Shown here: piece by piece, positions 35,367-43,078 of the stretch
How the letters are laid out: the number at the start of each line of letters is the position of its first letter
Numbering within the stretch: position 1 is the stretch's first letter
Assembly (NCBI RefSeq): GCF_001194135.2
Contig: NC_068989.1
Span: forward strand, 80,211,388-80,254,465
Reading direction: 5' to 3'
Origin: Octopus bimaculoides
Taxonomy: Eukaryota
DNA length: 43,078 nt
The notes under the pieces: model-generated
The model's input: the letters and a program-made list of their open reading frames with translations, nothing else
Databases searched by the model: none
Told to the model about the DNA's origin: nothing
Translations under genes and position numbers: made by a program

Positions 35367-37870
35367 NNNNNNNNNNNNNNNNNNNNNNNNNNNNNNNNNN
35401 NNNNNNNNNNNNNNNNNNNNNNNNNNNNNNNNNNNNNNNNNNNNNNNNNNNNNNNNNNNNNNNNNNNNNNNNNNNNNNNNNNNNNNNNNNNNNNNNNNNN
35501 NNNNNNNNNNNNNNNNNNNNNNNNNNNNNNNNNNNNNNNNNNNNNNNNNNNNNNNNNNNNNNNNNNNNNNNNNNNNNNNNNNNNNNNNNNNNNNNNNNNN
35601 NNNNNNNNNNNNNNNNNNNNNNNNNNNNNNNNNNNNNNNNNNNNNNNNNNNNNNNNNNNNNNNNNNNNNNNNNNNNNNNNNNNNNNNNNNNNNNNNNNNN
35701 NNNNNNNNNNNNNNNNNNNNNNNNNNNNNNNNNNNNNNNNNNNNNNNNNNNNNNNNNNNNNNNNNNNNNNNNNNNNNNNNNNNNNNNNNNNNNNNNNNNN
35801 NNNNNNNNNNNNNNNNNNNNNNNNNNNNNNNNNNNNNNNNNNNNNNNNNNNNNNNNNNNNTCTCTCTCTCTCTCTCTCTCTTTATTTTTCTCCGTTTATG
35901 CAGCAAATTTCCCTATAACGATGCGGCTCTGAATAGTATGTACGTTAAAGCCTCGGTGCTAATAGATCCGGGAGAATAATAGACATACAGTATCGAGTCA
36001 TTGTGTAGTGTAAAGGCCACATATAGTATAGCCTATATTAGTGTTTATGTATGTTTGTATGCGTATGTATGTATATATGAGCACACTCATCACTGTGTAT
36101 CTATCTGCCTTTGTCTGTGTCTGCACACACACTTCCATGTGGGTGGATCGCACAGACAAAACATTTGTCTAAATAGCCGTGATGTGAAAATGTCCTGCCT
36201 ACCCACTTCCCAGGAACCACACACTTTTAGGCTTTGCCTGGTTCTTGGTTTATAGCTTCCAGTATGCTTTCCATTTATTATCCTCTTATCTATAACCGTC
36301 CTGACACATCATAAACATTGTCTTTATCTTGTTTTTTCTCCGTCCGAGTTAGGTTATTCTATTAACCTCTTTTTTTTTTGTACTTTTTGATGACTCTGGC
36401 CCCTTACCTGCACCAATGTTTTCCTTTTTGACACGATTTATATCTCTAACTACCCGTTTTATTGTCGATACCCACCTCAGCCCTACACCCTTTCTCTCCA
36501 CTCCCATGGTTTGGCACGTATTTCGCGAGAATTTATACATACTGCATGCTTCCATTCTTCGTATTTCATTTGATGATGTGTCTACGGTAGATCTAATCGA
36601 TTATAATATCCAATTGTTCAGTGAGCCTTGTTATATTATTTGTCGCTGAAGCGACTGTAATAGAAACGAATAATCGAAACATTAACAAGTTGCTTCCTGT
36701 TCTTCTCCGTGGTATGTCAGTTACATATATATATATAATAGAAGATTTGGAGGTGGTGTACAGGAATTATATATCAGAAAAAATGATAAGGTACTCAGAT
36801 ATCTGGATGGTTGTACATTTACAGATTTTATTAATATGTCAATTTTTTTTATAAATTAGCGCTTGCATTTATTCTTGTAGATTCTCCAGATTTAATTTTT
36901 CCACTATATATATATATATATATATATATNNNNNNNNNNNNNNNNNNNNNNNNNNNNNNNNNNNNNNNNNNNNNNNNNNNNNNNNNNNNNNNNNNNNNNN
37001 NNNNNNNNNNNNNNNNNNNNNNNNNNNNNNNNNNNNNNNNNNNNNNNNNNNNNNNNNNNNNNNNNNNNNNNNNNNNNNNNNNNNNNNNNNNNNNNNNNNN
37101 NNNNNNNNNNNNNNNNNNNNNNNNNNNNNNNNNNNNNNNNNNNNNNNNNNNNNNNNNNNNNNNNNNNNNNNNNNNNNNNNNNNNNNNNNNNNNNNNNNNN
37201 NNNNNNNNNNNNNNNNNNNNNNNNNNNNNNNNNNNNNNNNNNNNNNNNNNNNNNNNNNNNNNNNNNNNNNNNNNNNNNNNNNNNNNNNNNNNNNNNNNNN
37301 NNNNNNNNNNNNNNNNNNNNNNNNNNNNNNNNNNNNNNNNNNNNNNNNNNNNNNNNNNNNNNNNNNNNNNNNNNNNNNNNNNNNNNNNNNNNNNNNNNNN
37401 NNNNNNNNNNNNNNNNNNNNNNNNNNNNNNNNNNNNNNNNNNNNNNNNNNNNNNNNNNNNNNNNNNNNNNNNNNNNNNNNNNNNNNNNNNNNNNNNNNNN
37501 NNNNNNNNNNNNNNNNNNNNNNNNNNNNNNNNNNNNNNNNNNNNNNNNNNNNNNNNNNNNNNNNNNNNNNNNNNNNNNNNNNNNNNNNNNNNNNNNNNNN
37601 NNNNNNNNNNNNNNNNNNNNNNNNNNNNNNNNNNNNNNNNNNNNNNNNNNNNNNNNNNNNNNNNNNNNNNNNNNNNNNNNNNNNNNNNNNNNNNNNNNNN
37701 NNNNNNNNNNNNNNNNNNNNNNNNNNNNNNNNNNNNNNNNNNNNNNNNNNNNNNNNNNNNNNNNNNNNNNNNNNNNNNNNNNNNNNNNNNNNNNNNNNNN
37801 NNNNNNNNNNNNNNNNNNNNNNNNNNNNNNNNNNNNNNNNNNNNNNNNNNNNNNNNNNNNNNNNNNNNNN

Positions 37871-37941
<71 letters not shown>

Positions 37942-37998
37942 ACACACACACATACATGCATACATACATACATACATACATACATACATACATACATA
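37871..37998. repeat. Compound (TA)n(GA)n(CA)n(CATA)n microsatellite
   Basis: Direct inspection. Confidence 0.95.
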
Positions 37999-39071
37999 GC
38001 AAAACATGTGAGGTTGTCTGCAATTTTAGATATAGTTAAAATAGAAGAAAATATCTACAGTTTTCTAAATGTCAAACCCTTTCTATGAAACTGTAAACAT
38101 TTGTAAATACACTTCGCTATTATCTTTAGGTAACGTAAAATTAAGTCCATTATTCTTACATATTTCACAGTTCATAGACCAATCGCCAAAAGACAAGTAC
38201 TCTCTCCTTCCCTCTCTCTCTCTCTCTTTCTCTCTTTGTCCACGGTAAGAAAGTATAGTAAATCATCATTTAAATAAAACGGGTACTACGACTTAACATT
38301 AATCGCTAGACTAATTTTCATACCACGCATTCCACGTCGATGTTATGAAAGAGTTAATAAATAATTTTACAACATGGCATGTTGATTTAACGTGGTTAAA
38401 ATGCATGCTTGGTTCAAGACGTATTTAAGGGGTTAAGCTGCAGATTTTAAAAAGCGTCCTATGTTATTATATGATATTGTGTTATTTAGACATATTGTAT
38501 AATTTACTTATTTTGTATGATGTATATGTTTTGTAATGGGTAAAATCTATTTCAAGTTTTCTTTGCAATAATAAGGTTAATACTATTACATATGCGCATT
38601 TCTGTCTTAATTCATTTCATGCGTGCAGTCCTGAATTGAATTTTACATTTTTTTTAATTATGGAAATCAGCTAAGCTTTTTAAATCAGAATGTTTTATAA
38701 CATCAAATAGATACGCTTTTCCAAATGAAATGCGTAGAAGCAGAATAGATGATAGAGTGATGAATATATTCATAGAATTTTATTTTCATATTAGAAAGAT
38801 GGAATACTAGTGAAGAAAGAAGGAGCAGAGCAAAAAATTGACTCGAATAGATTTAATTCCTATTTTCTTTTTCTTTCGCCAGAATCCTTTCTGTTGACTT
38901 TTCCCCGATTTTTACTTCATTTCACATGTTCACTAAAAAGTCTTTTGCTGTTTTAAGCCACTTCCTTAGTTTGGGTGAGAGCCATACTTAGATGAATGAT
39001 GTAAAGTCTCCGTTTTCACGTTCTTCATCTAGTTATCAACGTTAAAATTACAATGCATTGCGACTGCAATC

Positions 39072-39448
39072 TGTTGTTGTTGGCACTCTGTCGCTTACGA
39101 CGTCGAGGGTTCCAGTCGATCCGATCAACGGAACAGCCTGCTCGTGAAATTAACGTGCAAGTGGCTGAGCATTCCACAGACACGTGTACCCTTAACGTAG
39201 TTCTCGGGGATATTCAGCGTGACACAGTGTGACAAGGCTGACCCTTTGAATTACTGGCACAACAGAAACAGGAAGTGAGAGTGAGAGAAAGAGTACAGCA
39301 GGGTTTCTCCACCATCCCCTGCCGGAGCCCCGTGGAGCTTTAGGTGTTTTCGCTCAATAAACACTCACAACGCCCAGTCTGGGAATCGAAACCGCGATCC
39401 TATGACCGGGAGTCCGCTACTCTAACCACTGGGCCATTGCGCCTCCGC
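39072..39448 (-). mobile_element. tRNA-derived SINE, family C, full length with 12-bp target-site duplication
   Basis: Minus head GGAGGCGCAATGGCCCAGTGGTTAGAG (A box) and GGTTTCGATTCCC (B box); (CAA)n tail; TSD gcgactgcaatc at 39060-39071 and 39449-39460. Confidence 0.95.
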
Positions 39449-40097
39449 GCGACTGCAATCACACATCCATGAATCTACTATAATTTTTTATTAAATATTG
39501 GTTAGAAATATTTTACTTTTGCAGGCACATTTCTAAATCCATCCGTTTCGAGTTCTAAGACAATTCTTCACATTCATTTATTTTATAGTAAAAATGAATC
39601 TATATAATCACTTGATTCATAACTATCATATGATTTAACCATGGTATTTTAGAGTTCAATTATTAACACATCATTAAAGTCTACTAATTTATTGCAAAGC
39701 ATTAGATCCTGGTGCATATACAGAATCGGCTAAAATGATCAATGAGACCAACATATTTAGAATAGTGATAGAAAATAGTTATAGATTTGTTTAATCTATT
39801 TTGTATTTATTTCGGCAATAGTTTAATAACATTTAATATTGGGTTCATAAAATATTGCTAAGGAACTCTATCCTGAAATACGTCGTGCCAGAATAGTTTG
39901 TGGTTGTTTTCGTGAAATAAGGCGCGCCAGAATAGACCGTGCATTTTTTTTTCATTGTTTTTTTCTAGTGTTTATTTTCATGACCTGCGTTTTGTAGCTG
40001 GAATCATCTAAATCATCTGTGGTTATTTTAGCATTATCTTGTAGTCCGACTATGGTTTCCACCATAAAGTAGACTTGTATTTCCCATATAACATGTC

Positions 40098-40231
40098 ATG
40101 AAACTTCTGAACTTCATGTCATTATCTATGGTGTTGGTTACATGTAACTCTTCCGCTGACTCAGAATGCACTAATGAGGAGGAGAAACTGCATTGCACCA
40201 CAGCATACATCACAAGAATAAAACTACCCAA
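40098..40231 (+). CDS. Weak candidate first coding exon of a secreted or membrane protein
   Basis: ATG with purine at -3; MKLLNFMSLSMVLVTCNSSADSECTNEEEKLHCTTAYITRIKLP (signal-peptide-like start, then two Cys); possible donor aa|gtaaac at 40232, otherwise stop at codon 46. No downstream exon identified. Confidence 0.2.
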
Positions 40232-41489
40232 GTAAACAATAGTATACCACAAATATATACTCCACAAAATTTCTCACAAAAATAGTCGATTAATGATGGA
40301 TTAATGCATATATCACAACTATTGTTAAAATAAATAACCATACAACTAATTTAGTTGTAAAGAAAATTACACACCCGACTAAATAGAAAATATTTAAAGT
40401 ATCTGCCAGAAATATAATTAGGGACCACAGTTGTTATCTAATATGACTTTCATTTTTGTTATTTCAAAAACACCCTTTCATATTAATGAAATATGTCGTG
40501 TCGAGGCTCTTCGACATGAATATTAATGCGCGAGAAGTCTCGATATAAAATGACCGTTTCCAAAAGTATATTATTGCTCTCAAGTTGACATGCTATTTGT
40601 TGCCTAAAGTCTACATGCTTCTTTCACAAACAAACTATTATAATTCTCGCATAAAACACACCGTGGAGTAGTTTTTGATTTGTATATGCAATGAATCCAA
40701 CAGACATTTTATGACTAATTCAGCGTTGAAAATATTCATTTGTAATCAGAGAAGAATTACCAGAACAAAATATAAAAAAGAGCTTCTTTCATGTATTGTA
40801 TGTTACATTGTAGTTTATACAACAATCAGATTTGTACAAGTTAATCTACTTCGACATGTTTTTTTCCAATTTACAACACCGGAAATCCTATTGTCGACAG
40901 AGAGAAGCAAGTCGTAATCTATTTCTACTGTAATGTAATACTATACTGCAGTCTGCCATTTTCATTACGTGCTTTTACCACGTGCCAATACATTTCTCTT
41001 TGTTGTTTTACGAAAAATCTTTACGTATATTATTGTTATTATTCTTTAACACTTTACAAAGTAGAAGTGTTAAAGTTTACTGCAAAACATTGCAGGTATA
41101 GTAATAAGTGTCAGATATATGTGATTTCTTTATCAAACTTCGATTTCTACAATATGTTTCTTTATAATATCTAAAATACACTCACAACGAATAAATACTA
41201 CCACAATATTCACAGTTGAAATGCAATGTTCTGAAATAGGATAGTGGAATATACATGAGATCTAATCTTAGTTTCAAATACTTGTCTGATAAGATTTTCA
41301 GATTAATATCTCAATACTGAAAGTAAAATATTTCTTATTTCAGATTGCTATTGCGACAATATTTTTTTTTTTCGTACCACTAGCGTCTTTTTTCCATGTA
41401 TGTATAACTCTAGAATATGATAACTCTCAATCTCTGATTACAAGGCTATATAAACAGGAATAGATACCCTAGTTCTATATATGTGTATA

Positions 41490-41534
41490 TAAACAGACAG
41501 ACAGACAGACAGACAGACAGATAGATAGATAGAC

Positions 41535-41597
<63 letters not shown>

Positions 41598-41610
41598 CAG
41601 AGAGAGAGAT
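41490..41610. repeat. (GACA)n/(GATA)n microsatellite
   Basis: Direct inspection. Confidence 0.95.
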
Positions 41611-41620
41611 ATTATTTTTT

Positions 41621-41935
<315 letters not shown>

Positions 41936-41938
41936 TAT

Positions 41939-42823
41939 ATTCTAATCAAAAACCAAGATGGGAAAATAGAAACGGACATTTTCTGCAAACCTACCGACTT
42001 CAAACAGTACCTTCTTTTCACACCATGTCACCCGAAACACACCAAACTCAACATTCCCTTCAGCCTGGCAAAGCGAATTTGTACTATGGTATTAGAACCA
42101 TCCAAACGGGAAGAAAGACATGAGGAACTGAAGGACACACTTGTCCAAAGAGTTTTCCCCACTGGCATAATCCCCAATGGAACAAACAAAGCAAAACAAA
42201 TGGATATTAATGAACTCAGGAAAACAAAAACCAAAAGAAAGAAAAATGTCTTACCATTTGTGTCAACCTTCAATACCAGGAACACCGAAATGAAACATTT
42301 TATCACATCCACAAAACCCTCCCCATCTTATTTGCAGATGGAAAAATGAGAAAAATCTTTGAAATCATGAAAATCAAAAGGCAGCCCATAGCACTAAGGC
42401 AACATTCCCACTGGAACAAAAACACAAAGAAACCTCCAACCCAACGGTCACAAAATACAGAACAAACTACGGCACTTGTTTTTACCTAATTGAGGTACCA
42501 GAATTTAAATTCAAAGATGGCCAAACCTTCAAAGTCAGATCTCATCTGCAACAGGGAAACCTTGGTCTACGTAATCACATGCAATGGTTGCCAACATAAT
42601 TACACGGGTCAGACGCAACAGAATGACGACCCATCGCCAACAGATCCGAAACAAAAGCACAAGCAAAATTCCTTTAAACAGCCACATTGCAATCTGTGCA
42701 GGAATGGTCTACCTAATTTCAAAATATTTCCCCTATACACCTGCTCAGATTCCTTCCATCAACAACAAAGACTTAATAATGAAAGACAATTTATAAACAA
42801 GTATAAACCGTAATTAAATATAG
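41939..42823 (+). pseudogene. Penelope-like retroelement 3' portion (RT thumb, Cys-linker relic, GIY-YIG endonuclease), Neptune-like
   Basis: ETDIFCKPTDFKQYLLFTPCHPKHTKLNIPFSLAKRICT (PLE RT thumb); VTKYRTNYGTCFYL linker; FKFKDGQTFKVRSH; LVYVITCNGCQHNYTGQT (GIY-YIG with CxxC); RMTTHRQQIR..PLNSH; ERQFINKYKP*LN. Multiple frameshifts. Confidence 0.92.
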
Positions 42824-42860
42824 ACCCAGCCAGAACCAATATATAAGAGCAGACACTTTA

Positions 42861-43078
42861 CTCTTTTACTTGTTTCAGTCATTTGATTATGGCCATGCTG
42901 GAGGACCGCCTTTAGTCAAGCAAATAGGCCCCAGGACTTATTCTTTGTAAGCCTAGTACTTATTCTTGCTGTGTCTTGTGCCGAACCGCTAAGTTACGGG
43001 AATGTAAACACACCAGCATCGGTTGTCAAGCTATGTTGGGGGTACAAACACAGACACACAAACACACACACACACACA
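42861..43078 (-). mobile_element. SINE family A, 3' half (cut by window end)
   Basis: 'ctcttttacttgtttcagtcatttgattatggccatgctggaggaccgcc..ccaggacttattctttgtaagcctagtacttattc..ccgaaccgctaagttacggg..caccagcatcggttgtcaag'. Confidence 0.92.

Larger units (their letters stand above)
3319..37870. other. Twelve assembly gaps (N): 3319-3753, 5229-5396, 6600-6609, 9662-10385, 11678-11687, 13957-14240, 17724-18226, 22943-22969, 27112-27773, 28868-29064, 35367-35860, 36930-37870
   Basis: N runs totalling about 4455 nt, nearly all bordered by TA, TG or CT microsatellites. Confidence 0.98.

Noticed and set aside
66-38023. Most ORFs in the supplied track (YIYI, CVCV, THTH, LSIY and X-rich translations)
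   Set aside because: They are translations of microsatellites or N-gaps, not proteins.
38445-38456. piggyBac-like end 'aaggggttaa'
   Set aside because: No matching TTAA-CCC terminus found within a plausible distance.
39360-39448. Possible tRNA gene
   Set aside because: It is the tRNA-derived head of the SINE, continuing into SINE body, tail and TSD without a proper acceptor stem.

Overview
Eukaryotic, AT-rich, repeat-dense intronic or intergenic DNA from a gapped short-read assembly: 12 N-gaps totalling about 4.5 kb, nearly all flanked by microsatellites. The three tRNA-derived SINE families and the (TA)n/(CA)n/(GATA)n/(TATG)n tracts look like those of an octopod cephalopod (recognition from memory, not a database hit). 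No host protein-coding gene is confidently supported; almost all supplied ORFs are microsatellite or N-gap artefacts. Recognisable mobile-element remnants are a DD41D (rosa-type) Tc1/mariner transposase pseudogene (minus, ~25950-27088), a maT/DD37D-like transposase cut by an RTE LINE 3' end (~23045-24068), an isolated RTE LINE 5' end (minus, ~15050-15810), two Penelope-like element (PLE) remnants (~6655-6870 and ~41939-42823), a probable Helitron helicase relic (~7690-8185), a ~670-bp foldback element (15918-16588) and about 20 SINE copies. The most notable observations are RNA-structural: a minimal type I hammerhead ribozyme motif with a palindromic stem III (33677-33721, plus), a partial HDV-like ribozyme fold at the RTE 5' end (15730-15803, minus), and several long inverted repeats that could form dsRNA. 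One weak candidate signal-peptide exon lies at 40098-40231.
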